Of a DNA stretch of 64,000 bases, positions 37,178 to 50,308 are shown in pieces. The DNA is from Blasia pusilla (lineage: Eukaryota). The position numbers were made by a program, and so were the translations under genes. The notes below the pieces were generated by a model. The model did no database searches, had not been told where the DNA came from, and saw only the letters and a program-made list of their open reading frames with translations. How positions within the stretch are numbered: the first letter of the stretch is position 1; every line of letters begins with the position of its first letter. The DNA lies in assembly GCA_050084515.1 (NCBI GenBank), contig CM114271.1, forward strand, positions 24,614,001 to 24,678,000, given 5' to 3'.

Positions 37178-40045
37178 TAAGGAAAGGGAAGTTAACCAAG
37201 AATGGTTGGTTTTCTAAGTGAGAGGGTGTCAGGATTCATGGCTAAGGGAAATCTATGGTCTTACATAGAAGAGTGTAAAATAATTTTGACAATAATAACT
37301 ACCTAATTTAAAAAAGGTGATATCATAATATGCTATTCTCTTTTTCCCCTCCTAGACGAAATCCCTTCCCAATTACTTTTTTTTTAAACCCCTATGAAGT
37401 CTTTCCTTGCTGAGAATTTTTAGCTTTCTCTCATTCCCTCTGATATCAAAGATTCCACTTTTTTTTTTCCAAAATTATATTTCTATTTAGAACATGTTGT
37501 GTGTGATATTCAAAATTATTTAAAATTTTCGTACAAAAATTAAACATGTTTATTTTTAAGGTCCTACTTGAAAATTAATTCATTAGAACATTTGAAAAAA
37601 AATGACATATGGCCTTTGTAGAGTGTTAGGGAGCATGCAATGCAGGGAAAAGAATTCCATAGAAAATATTTCAATAATACACCTTTTTTTTTCTTTTCAA
37701 TTAAAAACTATGTCAATGATAAAACTGCCATCGCATAATTTTTTTTACATTTTAATGACAAATTAAATTAATTAATTTTGAGAACATAATAATGATGGAT
37801 TCTCCCATTAGCTAATTGGGAAAATATATGACTAGCTTACTGTTCAACGATTGATACCGAACACTTTAGAATATTTTATAGTTCTTATTCTTAACACCAA
37901 AAATAATAAAAGTTAGGAGAAAGATATTACGTGATCTACCTAATCATATGTACTATATTTAGAAGTCTTTTGTAGCCATGCAAAAGCACCACGATCATCT
38001 CTAGCCTTCCCTCTTCTCAAGGATTCAAAACATAGAGGATTTTGTAAAAGGATTTATGAGTAAATAAAAAATCCTTTTCATGTAAAAAAAATAACTTGTT
38101 TTCTGTCTACCTCTCCCATATTGAAAAAACTAAACCACTTTGAAAGATTTATTCTATATTTCCTTCTTTTTTTAATCTGTTTTTCTTTCCAATTCTTTCT
38201 TCTCTTCGATCATTTCGTACAAATTAAGTATTTGTAATTGCCAAAAAAAAAAAACATTTTATATCCCTGTATCAAAGTATCAAGAAAGATATAGTACAAG
38301 TCACTCATGCTCAAGTCTGCCACCTTTCGGTGTAGATCACAAGATCCTATCCCATCAATTACATACATGCTTTTGCTTTTTGAGTTGTCCTCTACCCGCA
38401 TTGCCTTGCTCTGCATTACCACAAAGCCTCCCGGACGTTAATAAACTCCGAATGGAAAGAAGTTAGTCGAGTCAAAGCTGATGAGAAGGAGAAGGGCCAG
38501 CTCTCGCACCAGGCTACTAGGTACGACAGCTTGTGTCACCTAACATTATAAAATAATTAACATATGCCACGTGCTATCTCCAATAATTATACAAGAAAAA
38601 ATTTGATTGATTTTAGAAAACAAAAAATTCTGGTTTTTAGATTTTGATCTCCTTCATGATACTAGAGATGGACTATACACATAGAGCAAGACACTAGAGA
38701 TGGACTATATACACATAGAGCAAGACACACTGGGTAATCCGTCCTCTCCTCTCCACAGGTAAACCTTCGATTAGGCATACTGAATAAATTAGGCGTACTA
38801 AAAAATTCTCTCAAGTTTCTTTATTTTTAAAACACAAGAATCTTGATCTTGCAAAAGCAATTACATATACGCAATCAGAAAAGAAAGAACACGCTAATCC
38901 TAGTTTTTAAATACCATGTAAACAAACCACCCTCAACAACCCAACCCGTCTATAAGGGGAAGACGAATGTAGAAATGGCTCTTATAGAAAGCCTTCAAAC
39001 TTCGTTCAAACTATAAGGAAATCCTGGAAAGATCCGACTTGAGTTGCATGAACGAAAGCGAAGAAGAGAAACACGAACGAAAAGCTCCCAACTCCCAAAA
39101 CGAACTCACATAAACGGTTAGATCGTCCAAGTCGAGTTGTACGTACCAGCACTATGAGAAGCTCCAAATAAGTCCACGTCCGAGGAAGAGACACTACTAC
39201 TACCGTCGAAGCTATGCTTCAACTCCACATCCGACGAACAGACCCAGATGGGCTTCCTATGGAGACACCTGTCCTTGGGAGGGCTTCATATCGAGACACC
39301 TCCTTGGGAGGGCTTCATATCGAGTCCCTTCTCGTTTCTCTGCAACCAAACGCTCCTGCCAGTGCGAGTACCCACCGAGTGCTCGAGATCTGTGTCTTCC
39401 ACCTTTCGCCGACGAGTGTTAGGTGTCTCCGACTCCATTCGTTTCGTAAGTCATATAACCGTGCAGTCCGAGGGTCAGAATCGGCTCGAACGGCTCGAAA
39501 GGACCGATTTCGTGTCAGGGCTTCATATCGAGTCCCTTCTCGTTTCAGAGAAACGAGCATGGACAGAGCCCATGCAATCCCACATTCCGGTAGATGACGT
39601 GAGGTGATTCTTTCTTGCTTTGTTTGGCATGTGGATGACCGATAACACGAACCTGTGGCTGTTGCGCTTTATGGCCCCAACACGACGGCGCAGTGGAGGC
39701 ACACGGTTTAAGAATCTTCTAAGTTGTTAACGTAGAGGTAACCCTCCAACAAGCACGACCAAGAGACTCGGCCCAATTAAAGTTAGTTAAGAAAGAATCC
39801 CGAGAATTCCTTAAGCTGGTCTCTAATTTTTTGACAAGCATCGGCGTAATAACAAAAGAAAATACCAACTGAACTCAGTTTTGGAACAGTGTTGGTGATT
39901 GAATAGTGGCATATGCAGTCGCTTCTTCGAGGATATGGAGTCGTTTCAGGGAGAACTTGAGGATATGGAGTCGTTTCTTAAATTACCTGCCCGGACCTTC
40001 TGCCCGACGGCAACTAAGGACTTCCCTTCTTGGAGAGCTTGAGTC

Positions 40046-40106
40046 CATGGTCCAAGATTGTACGGCAAGGACCAAATGACTCCTTACCGTACAATCTTGG
40101 ACCATG
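40046..40106. ncRNA. 26-bp-stem foldback; candidate miRNA/hairpin RNA precursor
   Basis: CATGGTCCAAGATTGTACGGCAAGGA, 9-nt loop, TCCTTACCGTACAATCTTGGACCATG. One mismatch, which is G-U on the - strand RNA. The inverted repeat is certain; expression is not shown. Confidence 0.4.
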
Positions 40107-41417
40107 CAATCCGAAGTGCTAGAGGTCTCTGCCGAAGTAGGGGCGGCAATGGGTTTCCAGGCTCTGATGTGACAGACCTTTACCTCTTCTTGGAGAGCCT
40201 GAGATTTCCAAGTCTAGGATTGTACGGTGAGGTGCGAAGTAGTGAAAGCTCCTTTTCCGATACTTGAACAGACCAAATGACTTCGACAGCATGGGTTTCT
40301 CGAATTCCTCATACACGTAGCACCATCGTTTCTCTCACTGCTAAAGGCCATGGTGCGAGTCACCGATTTCCTCTTGATATCCACACTTACTTTTACAAAG
40401 CTCTATCTTTTCTTTGCCGCTCAGGAAGCAAGCACATACTCAACTTGAGGTGTCTCCCCAAGAAAGATTATTTCAAATACTCTACCGCACTACTCCAAGG
40501 GTGTGGAGTTGAATTTGGCGCCCAAAGTGCTCCTTCTGCAACAACAGAACTAAATCTGGCACCTGAAGGGAGTTGTGGAAGCCCATTTACCAGGAAGGCT
40601 TGGCCAGGATGACCTGATGCACTCGAAATTAGACAGTCTCCCTGCTCGGCTCCTTCTTCCCGTTCAGAAATACCCCAGTACCAAGTAACCGAGGAAAATT
40701 ACCAGGCACTAGGAGTTTCCTTACCTTCGAGACCTTCGAGAGAAAAGAGGTGGCTAAGTTTTGAAGCTTTGATCAAATCACCAAGGAAAAAATCTGGCTA
40801 TGTAATATTAAGCCTGCAGAGTCCCTGAAGATATCGGCAGTCAAACTTACCAGCAGTGTACAGGTCCATTGCAAGTGATGGTGCATCAGCCTTTTAGCTG
40901 AAAGACTTCATATACACTCCACTCAATGTTACACAATTACTGGGAAAAACAGGTTATGCCTAAGTGAGCCACTTTGGATAGGAGTCAAAGCTTCTCATAT
41001 GTTTCTGCCAGCTCGGGCCTCGTCAGACCAGACCTGACCTGACCTGACCTTACCACCAACCTACCTCATTCCTAGTAGCCTACACTATCTAATCACAACT
41101 AGCCAGTCAGTGCTCACATTGCAGCACAAACGGGACTCATGCCTTTACCCATGAAATTCACATTGTTGTAATATTAACAAAACTGGCCTAAGCTGTTGTA
41201 CACAAGGTCCTACACTCTTCCCCAATTATCATTACAAATGGGGGAGCAAGACAAACCAGCACTTGAAGTACATTCTACACGGTAAATCTTGCTCGGCTAA
41301 AACTCAGTTCAGGACTGCAATAAATGGCATCTACAAGAACCCTCTCACAAATGAGGTATCACACAACACTGACTACTACACTCCTCAAACTATAATATAC
41401 TCCTAAGATGTCCAGTG

Positions 41418-44400
41418 CTATGTTGAATGTGCATTAAGCATTTCCCGATACACCATGTCTATGAAGTGGTCATTCTGCAGGTGAAACAAACACATTGTCC
41501 CAAGGTCAATCATACAATAAAGAAACTGTATAAGAGATAACAGGATCTCTGAATGCAAATCCTTCACGTTACTAAGATGCCCCTGTGAGAATACTGCCAT
41601 TTGCTGCAATTTTGAGGAAACTCACAGATAAAAATATTCTACTAAACAGAATTCCGATAAATAATTTCTTACACATTAACAATGATAAATGACTTCAGTT
41701 CCATTCCATCCTCTGTTAAGTCTCTGTACCTAAAACTAGAAAACTTGAAATGTTTTACACATGGTAGAGGTGATACTCGGTTGTTCCATGGATTGTCAAC
41801 ATCTTGAGAGATCCAAAGGAGAGAATGGGAAAGGAGGAGTCAAGGTAGACAAGTTTGAAGAACACTAATTAGCAATCAATATAAACAGATTAATGTTTCC
41901 CAGGAACCTAGAGTACAAACCCAGCTGCAAGTCATCCCATGAAGTGAAGATATATGTCATATAACTGATACCATTAACCAAAGATAAACAGATTCATCAT
42001 CTGTAAGGAGCCAAACACCCTAAAAATCACTGCTTGCGGAATGTGTTTCTGCCAGATATAAGCAGCCTAAACTTCATGTAGCATGACATAACAGAGTTCA
42101 AAGACGTTGATGCAATCATACCTGAAACAAACGGAATAGTGCATCACGAACTCCATCCCTTGTGATGGATAGCCCATGAGGAACAGAAGCTGGGGCAAGC
42201 GAAGGTGGTGGTGCTGGGGGGGGGAAAGGTTGTAGCAAGGGTGCACCATGTGATGGTTGCATAGGGATAGAAGTCGGGACAAGAGCAGTAACTGCAGGTG
42301 CAGATGAGAGAGGAGGAGGGACGAAATAAGAAGGTTTCAGAAGAATGGTCCCACCAAAGTCGGGCACTTCCAAAGATAGAGGTGGGGCCATAGGAGTATG
42401 TGTGTGGGACATGGCAGGAGACGGAGGAGAAGGGGCTGGTACAGGCATGGGAGTGAGATTAGGTGATGAGGCAGAAGAAGGTCGAATAGATAGAGGGTGT
42501 GACACCACTGGAGGTCGTACAGATGTAGAAGCTGAAGTCTCTGGACTGCCAAGATGTGTTGCATTCTGCACCATTCAGCCAAATTCCTAGTGAGTTTCCT
42601 GACTTCATTACATCACACCTGTTTAATTTCTAATAAACCCAGAAGCAATAGGTTGAAAGTACTAAAAAGATCACCAAGATAGAACAAACCCAAAGAACAT
42701 ATGACATTCTCTACCACTTGCTGAGCATGTCATCTGCCTAGCATTTTCCTTCCACAACTCAAGTTGATGCGTGATTGTGGGCTACCGATTCGTGCGTTGC
42801 AATTTCTTGAATCCCACTGACACAGCTCTCAATGAAATCTTTTGATCTGAATTCTTGATCCACTAGCTCAGATGAGGAAAATTTCCCAGGGAAACATCTA
42901 GAAAGAACCAATACCACCCACATTTGTGCAAAATATATAGGGCACCAAGGGCTGTTATTTTGCTGTCACGTGAGAGGAGTCACCAAACAAGGCAAGGGCA
43001 TGGCACCTGTGATCCATTTGGATTTCTCAATTCATCTTCAGGTTTTCTGCAGGTTTGAGGTTTAATCAAAAGCAGAAAACCAAATAAAAATACAAACCCA
43101 GAATTCTTCTATATCCCACGTGCTAGGATGAGATTTAGGAAGCAAGTAACATTGGTTACAAAAATGTACCCTGAAGAACTGCTCCAAAGGCTCTTCCAGA
43201 ACTTCAGATGCTGTTGACGGAGTTGTGGCTGTGGGCTCCAGCGGTCCCTCTACAAGAGCAGCAGTAGGAACTGCTTCTAGTTCCTGAAATTCGGAACTGC
43301 AAAGTCACACATAGATGGTCATTTTGATTAAATTTCACATGCCAATCAGACCACAACTTCTAGACTGAAATTGAAACAATAGAAAACAGATTGATCTGCC
43401 ACAAACTCTACCTATTCTATGAGAGTTGAAACCATGATACCATCAGGTTCCAGATCTCATAAGTGATGCATGAAAAGATTCCTTACATTATCAAAAAAGT
43501 TAAAAGTAACCCACCAGTGCCAACCAGGAATTCCATATGCATCAGGCTTACAACTGATTCCACCAGCACATAATTGTGCAATCATAAAAGGACAGAATGG
43601 TCACCCTAAACCTCTATGCCTGAGCATGCCAAAAAGGCATTTTGCCATACTACAATAAGGCTGTGTCCTCAACAAGGAATCGAGGACATTGGAGGCACTC
43701 AACTGCTCTCAATCTTTTAGTCCAAAAAGTTTTCATTTGCCCCCTTATTTCAAAAGCTACTGATCAGACCATGGCTTAGATACCTCTCATGAGGAAGGAA
43801 AAAAGCATCCAAACAGTTATGGTGAAATGATACTGCACCTTCAAACGAGGTGAAAAAACAGCCATACACAGTAGATTCCAATCAAACAACAATACTAACT
43901 GGGGAAACATGACCAAGAACTGGTCTACAAATCTCGAGGTAAGACCTAGTTGAAACAATGATTTACAGCACTAATAGACTAGTAGCTATAGAACCTACCT
44001 TAATTGGACAAATATAAAAATAGACTCAGAGGAGGTTAGTACATGGGACTGCCACTGTGAGCACTATATGAGTGCCTCAGGTGGCACCAGACTTTGGATG
44101 ACACTAGTAATGGATGGATGTAAAGAGAAAAGCGGAATCTACCATGTGAAACAAGTGAGACCCTTATACTCTACAAAAACGTACACTTCAAACAGTCACA
44201 TGAAAATGCACATCGTATTAGAGCAAGTAACCCTCTTGTATTTCTGAGGAATTTGACAGGTTAGGACAAGAAGAACATTACTGAAATAGAACACTTTGAG
44301 GGGGACCGCACTGTACACATAATTACATTACATTATTGCCTTTTGATGATGCTAGCATTATTGCCTTTTGATGATGCTAGCAATGGATGCACCCAAGAGG

Positions 44401-47400
44401 AAAGTGGATCATACCATATCCAAAGCAGAAGACTACTATGAAGTCTGATAAAAGTACTTTTCAAAGTAGCGTAGTTCTACTTAGATAGATATCAAGATTT
44501 ATCCTAAATCTTGATATCCTGACAAACTATTGAGGAATCTTAATTTTAGGACTTTCTAGAATAGATAACTGAAATAGAAGAGATCAAGGGGGACCAGCTT
44601 AAGAATTCCCAGCACTGCCTTCTTTTCTCACTATACTGTTTTGTGCTTTCCCGAGGCCAAGGTTTGTTTTGACCACTTGCAGGGAACTAGAGCATGCCAA
44701 TGACTAAGGCCTTCACAATATTCTTGGGATTCAGGGAAACTGCCACCTCCATAACTTGGACAAGAACTAAGGACACAGAGAAGTAATGGCAGTTGATTGT
44801 TTCTGGGCATCCTATTCCTTTGAAACCATGGCTCGTTAATGAGCTGGACACATTTTATTTTATTGCCACTCCAACCCTTTTGATGGAACATTTCTTCGAC
44901 TAATAAGGACCTTATCAGGGTGGTAACCGTGCGAATGACATAGTCCCAGCTTTGTTGTGCTAGTAGTCTTACAACCGGAATACTTCCACCCTCGTTCCTG
45001 ATTGGACACTGCAGGAGAGGAGTAAGAAAATAAGTATGTGCAAGAAGGATGGTTCCTTCAGAATGTGAATACTTACCATAGGTGTTCTTCAGGAATTTCC
45101 AGGTGTTGACAAACACAGAGTTTACAACACAATCTAACTTGAGTTAGTCCCCAAAATCCATCAATACCAGTGCAGCAAGTTTTGGCAGTGAACCTGGAGT
45201 TCTGAGTGTGATGGGACACCTCTGGTCATATCAACTTGGCAGTCTCAGAGAGGGCTGTTACTGTAAATTTCTGACAGGTAAACCAGTGGCGCTTCAAGGT
45301 ATCAAACCTGACATCACATCCTGTGCAGGATTTTCTTTGGTTCAAGGGAATAGGCACTATCCGAACTTCAGCCCAGTTCCTTGACAATGAATCCGTCACA
45401 AGCAGTTTTGAGTTAGAGATGCATGTAAAGCATATTCTCATTATGTGCATGTAATAGCCATGCAACAATAGATCCAACAGTCTGGATGGTGCGACACTGG
45501 GACAAGAGAAACTACCCCAATAGAAGGTATCTCATATTGGGTGAGTGCTAACCATATAGAGTGTAGATGAGCCTCCAGGTATCAACCAAGAAACTCCTTA
45601 GACACTATCAGCGTCACCTGATTGGGATCCCTGAGAGACATTACTAGCCAGTGCAGCAGTTCTGAGCGATGTATTTAAACTACTGAACTTGCCAGGTAGT
45701 AAGTGGGGATTCTCCCCCACCATCACACAAGATGCCTGAAAAGATAAAGAGAGAGAGCACTGGCTTCTAAATTTCTCATGCGTAAGAGCCACCGTGGTAT
45801 TGACAGCAGGCTTCAGATGTGGAGTGTAACTGACAGCAGTTGTGTTATCCACTTGTGGGACTCCAGTACTGGTGTAAGTTAGTCAATCTCTTGGCCTGGT
45901 GATGGCTGTGCTGGGTGTTCCGAGGCCCAGGATTGTGGCAAAACCTAATTGGGCATTGGCAATTATGATCAAGAGAAAGGGATGTCGCTGCACGTTGATC
46001 TATTTGCAATCTACTGTGCTCCTGGGCAAGATATTCCGGCACCCAGAGTCTATACTGCTTAGGAGCTTTGTTCTTAGAGATGTATGATGGATAAGGGCCA
46101 GAGATGTGGCTATCATAGAGAGACGAGGTCTTGAGTCTGAGAACTATAGAGGTATAACCAAAACAACCTTTTCCCGAGAAGTAGGAGGTGAAAAAAGAGA
46201 AAGAAAGACTGTACTCATTAAGTAGTGCCTGTCGTAGCCTTGCGACCATAGACCCCAAAAAGAGAAAGAAAGAGAACCTTTGAGAGGCAAATAGTTTGGG
46301 CTTTGGAGGTATTTTTGAAAAGGCATTCAGAATCCTGCACAAGACGAATAATCAGTTAGCACACGAAAACACGGGACATGTTCCCGGTCATCAAGGAGAA
46401 TTTATAACTGCCATGGACTTCTCCACACCAAACACACATGCAGATCTCAAGGCGGCATTCACATTGGCCTCTGAATTCTAGTACTGTCGCCCATAACAGA
46501 TCTCATTCCCCTGCAGAAAACGTAACGTCCAAAATAGCTCTCAACTAGGGAATTTCATTGATGCAGCAACTTCTCCATATTATCTAGAACTAAAACTGAA
46601 AAGTCCATTGGAGTACAAAGGCCAAACCGCTGAACAAAATATTCTTGCACAAGGGTTACTGTCTCAAAATTCTGAAGTGATCACGTACGTGTAGAGGGGA
46701 ATGTCATCATGACAGGTGTAATGGAAGATCATAAGCAGGGCATGGATGAATTGCGCAAACCAGAGGACCCAAACACAAGACTTTAGAACTAGCCACGGTA
46801 GCAAGAGGCCTGTGCAGATGTGAGAGGAGACCTAGAAAAAAGCTTTGCCACATCTTCACACTCTCGGGAGTTATAAAACCAAATGCCATTCACTTCTTGG
46901 GCAGCATTCCGGTACAACAGATAAGGAACTTGGACTTCGTATTCAAAATCACCCAGAAGATCCTCCACGAGATTCTCTGCAAATAGCAAGAGACGTTCTT
47001 AGTCCTATGTCAACCCATCCGCCACTTTTCACATGTGCCAGTTTGAAATCGTATTTTTCAGTTATGAGGAGAAGCGCAAAAAGATACAAAATCTGAATCA
47101 CAGAAAATTACAAATCGGTTAGCAAATTTTTGCCAAGTCAAGCATACCACATTATGACAATCTACCCGTCTCCCCATCCTATCTTGTACACTCCTTGGGA
47201 CATGTTTTAGATTATTCAGTACCTCACCCCAGCGAGCTACCCACCTAGACATAGTTAGAACCTAAATGCTGACTCTCATAGTTGCTGGCTCTGGGAGTTG
47301 CTTCAAGTGTCTGTCTCAGGGTAAGAGCATGTTCTCGTGAATGAATACACACCAGATCCAATTTCCCTGAGTGTTATGGCCTTCCATATGTTCGATCATG

Positions 47401-48264
47401 CACTATTTTGCAAGCAAGCGCATAATTATGAAAACGAGTAGAGTATTACCTGTACTACGCCGGTTCATGACAATAAACTGGAAACGAGGCTGTGTCCGCC
47501 TGCCAGGAGGCAAGACAACAAATTTTCAGAGGGTAACTATGGGTCAGCGATTCTCTTACAAAGAGCATTTGAAAAGAAAGCTTCAATTGTATTGTGAAGT
47601 TGCAGACTTAGCGGAACACATATAGTACTCACCGTTTCACAACAAAGAGTGAGCCCTCCACGTCCTTTCGGCTCTGCACGTACATGGGAGTGCAACTGTC
47701 AGCCATCAGCCCATCACCCCACTCATAGATTGGAAGTCTAATTCTTTTCTTGTTTCACACATCTTTTCCGTCATGACGCTGTAGACATGTCTGATCAAAG
47801 TGTAGGTCATCCAGATGACAAACTCTTCTACCTCTTCTAGACTCTCTGTGAATGTGAATGTACACCGAGTGGAGTTTAAATTAAGAGGAAGTTGGTCTCT
47901 CTGTATTGCTCAATCTATATCTCAATTACTTCTCCGATTTCGAAACCTTACTTTCTTATTAGGTTTTGACCTACATTGCGACAACAAACGTGCACTGAAA
48001 AGACAACGGGACACAAATAAATCTCGGTGCGCTGTTCAATCAGCGCGATCGGAGCCTCTTCCGGAATCAAGTCAAATGGTAATTGAGAGAGAGAGAGAGA
48101 GAGACCCATTGACTCAGTTCCACATTAAACTCGTAGAAGGTGACATGGGCAGCAGTAGTGAGTATGTCTTCCACGTGACGATCCATGCGCTGAAGCACCG
48201 TCAAATTTAGCTCTCGCGTGCTCTGCTGATCCAACACTGGCATCGGTTTTCCATTTTGTGCCAT
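41418..48264 (-). CDS. DCP1: mRNA decapping activator DCP1, 8 exons, 359 aa
   Basis: Exons 48264-48106, 47673-47633, 47499-47450, 46976-46832, 46334-46278, 43296-43170, 42565-42122 and 41474-41418. All introns GT-AG, 1080 nt total. EVH1-like domain LNLTVLQRMD..AAHVTFYEF..WSRKDVEGSLFVVKR..PRFQFIVMNRR..YLLYRN..VNGIWFY, EFQELEAVPT, Pro/Ser-rich linker and C-terminal helix VRDALFRLFQNDHFIDMVYREM. Confidence 0.95.
45097..45660 (-). mobile_element. Two older family-A-related LINE C-terminal fragments in DCP1 intron 5
   Basis: ~45580-45660 (CAACCAAGAAACTC..ACCTGATTGGGATCCC..AGACATTACT..CCAGTGCAGCAG) aligns with 19520-19598. 45097-45350 encodes IPLNQRKSCTGCD..HWFTCQKFT versus family [24 protein letters not shown]. 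Confidence 0.7.
46209..46256 (-). mobile_element. 48-bp 3' tip of LINE family A with a perfect 17-bp TSD
   Basis: Sense GGGGTCTATGGTCGCAAGGCTACGACAGGCACTACTTAATGAGTACAG. TSD AAAAAGAGAAAGAAAGA at 46192-46208 and 46257-46273. Confidence 0.92.
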
Positions 48265-50168
48265 TTTTTTCTCCCTCCCTATCCCCGCTCAGCGGGGCTC
48301 CGAGGAGTACAACCAACTCAAAAACAACCGCAAATTGCTTCCCCACCCCACCCCACCCCACCCAAACCCTACTCTCTCTCTCTCTCTCTCTCTCTCCACA
48401 CACTAAACACACGCACACACAATCAGAATCACTCACTCACACAAAAACAAACGCAGGGGACCTCACGGGCGTTGAGCGATGAGGGCAGAGCGACCGGCAA
48501 CAGAGAAAGCACCCTAGGGCACGAGCAGGCAAGCTTACAAGGGAATCAGTCAGTCGCCCGGAATAGCAGCGCGGGGAGACTGGTATCCACGACATGCTCT
48601 CGTAAGGAGCGTCACTAGCTACAGCCCCCCTTCCGCGCTAGGAAGGACGCACGCCCACCCACTTCCCTAGCCCTGATAGCACAGGGTTCGGACAAACCAC
48701 AGCAGCGAAGCGAACAGAAGTCTACTTTCTGCTCACGCAACCTCGAAACCACTTCACCGCTAGGAACGAAACCACTGGTCCCTAGGACGCCAAACCACTC
48801 CGTCCCTTAGCTACTGTCGACGTCCGGTACCGAGCACGGTTCGGTTACGCCTGTCCGTCAGGACCCCGAGGATCCCTGCATATAAGTACGGGCCTTGGAC
48901 AGTAGAAACGCACTCCGGGTGGTTGCAGACGAACGAAAAGCCTGCCTACCTCGTACTGTTACAACGTAGGCTCCTCTGCGTCTCTACGTTTTGTACTGTA
49001 GTAATCATTCATCCATGCCTGCGCAGTCCATCCATCCGTTCCACCTACTGCGTCGGCAGACAACAGTCGCGCAACGCCGTGTACGACCCAGTAGCTGTCA
49101 ACTGCAGCGGTGAGAAGTCAGTTGACGTCCAAACAAACTATATGGTATTTGCTTTCCCCACTTCCAGAATTGCACCTGTCAGATCATACGAGAATGGATG
49201 CACGTCATCCCTCTTTGTCACGCGGTTGAACGATGAACGGAACTTCCAGTCTCCCACCTTTCCGCTATGGACTCAGCTTGACGGAATCTTCGTCAGTTCC
49301 TCTCGGTCAGACGTCTTCGACCCCTTAACATGGAGCCGTATGTATACATACTACTACTGTCCTTCGAGAGGATATTCTCCTTCTGTTTGCGAGGGACTCA
49401 GCTGCTGCGAGACTACGTCGAGTTCTCGTGTCACCAAATTAGAGGACCTGAAGCCGCGACCGGATACTAGAAGATCTATATACAACTCTTCACTACGGAC
49501 CCAACGGAAGGAGGTCGGTGGAGAATCGACAGACGCCATCCGATGAGGAATCCGATGGTCGGCCTTGAGGTGAGCGAGCGTACAGGACAGCAGATCTCGA
49601 AATCGCGAAAGATTGCCAATTGGTTATGTGGCGGAAACCGAGACCAGATGCCACGTGATGACCATTCGCAGTTAAGTCGGTCTTCGAAGGGCGAACCTAT
49701 CGCGAAATGGCGATCATAGCGGCATATCCGAGCACCTTGTCACGTGACCGACCGTACCTACGCAGCCGCCTACGACAGGGACGGGACCCCCTCCTTGTAT
49801 CTTGCTGTTGTTGGAGGCCTACTTCCTCCCACATCTAGGGCCTTCCCGCCTGTTAGCAAATGTTCAAGTTTTGGTGACAGTTTTTCCCTGTATACGCATG
49901 CGATAAGTGAATGAGATATTTTATTTATTTCAGTCGTAGAGGGAACCAAATTTATCTAGTCCGAAATGGAAGGCTTTTGGAAAAAAAAACGCTTTCTTCC
50001 CTTTTGTTAAGTTCAATGTAAGGCATGTGGCACCAATTTTAATACAAAACCTCATAAAGAAACTTCAACCCCATCTGCTTTTTATGAGCAAGTGCACGTA
50101 CCATTATAATATATTGGTAAGTTTCTGATTTATAAATGTTCATTTTAAAATTTTCCATTCCCAACGAG

Positions 50169-50308
50169 CTACATGTAAAAAACTTGAAAAATTGAGTACT
50201 CTATCACTACTTTAGAAATAAATATGGAGTAAGGTGGCCTACATGTAAAAAACTTGAAAAATTGAGTACTCTATCACTACTTTAGAAATAAATATGGAGT
50301 AAGGTGGC
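50169..50308. repeat. Perfect 70-bp tandem duplication
   Basis: CTACATGTAAAAAACTTG...GGAGTAAGGTGGC starts at 50169 and 50239. Confidence 0.97.

Noticed and set aside
48923-49546. 207-aa ORF divergent from DCP1
   Set aside because: Non-ATG start and no domain; lies in GC-rich promoter-like DNA.
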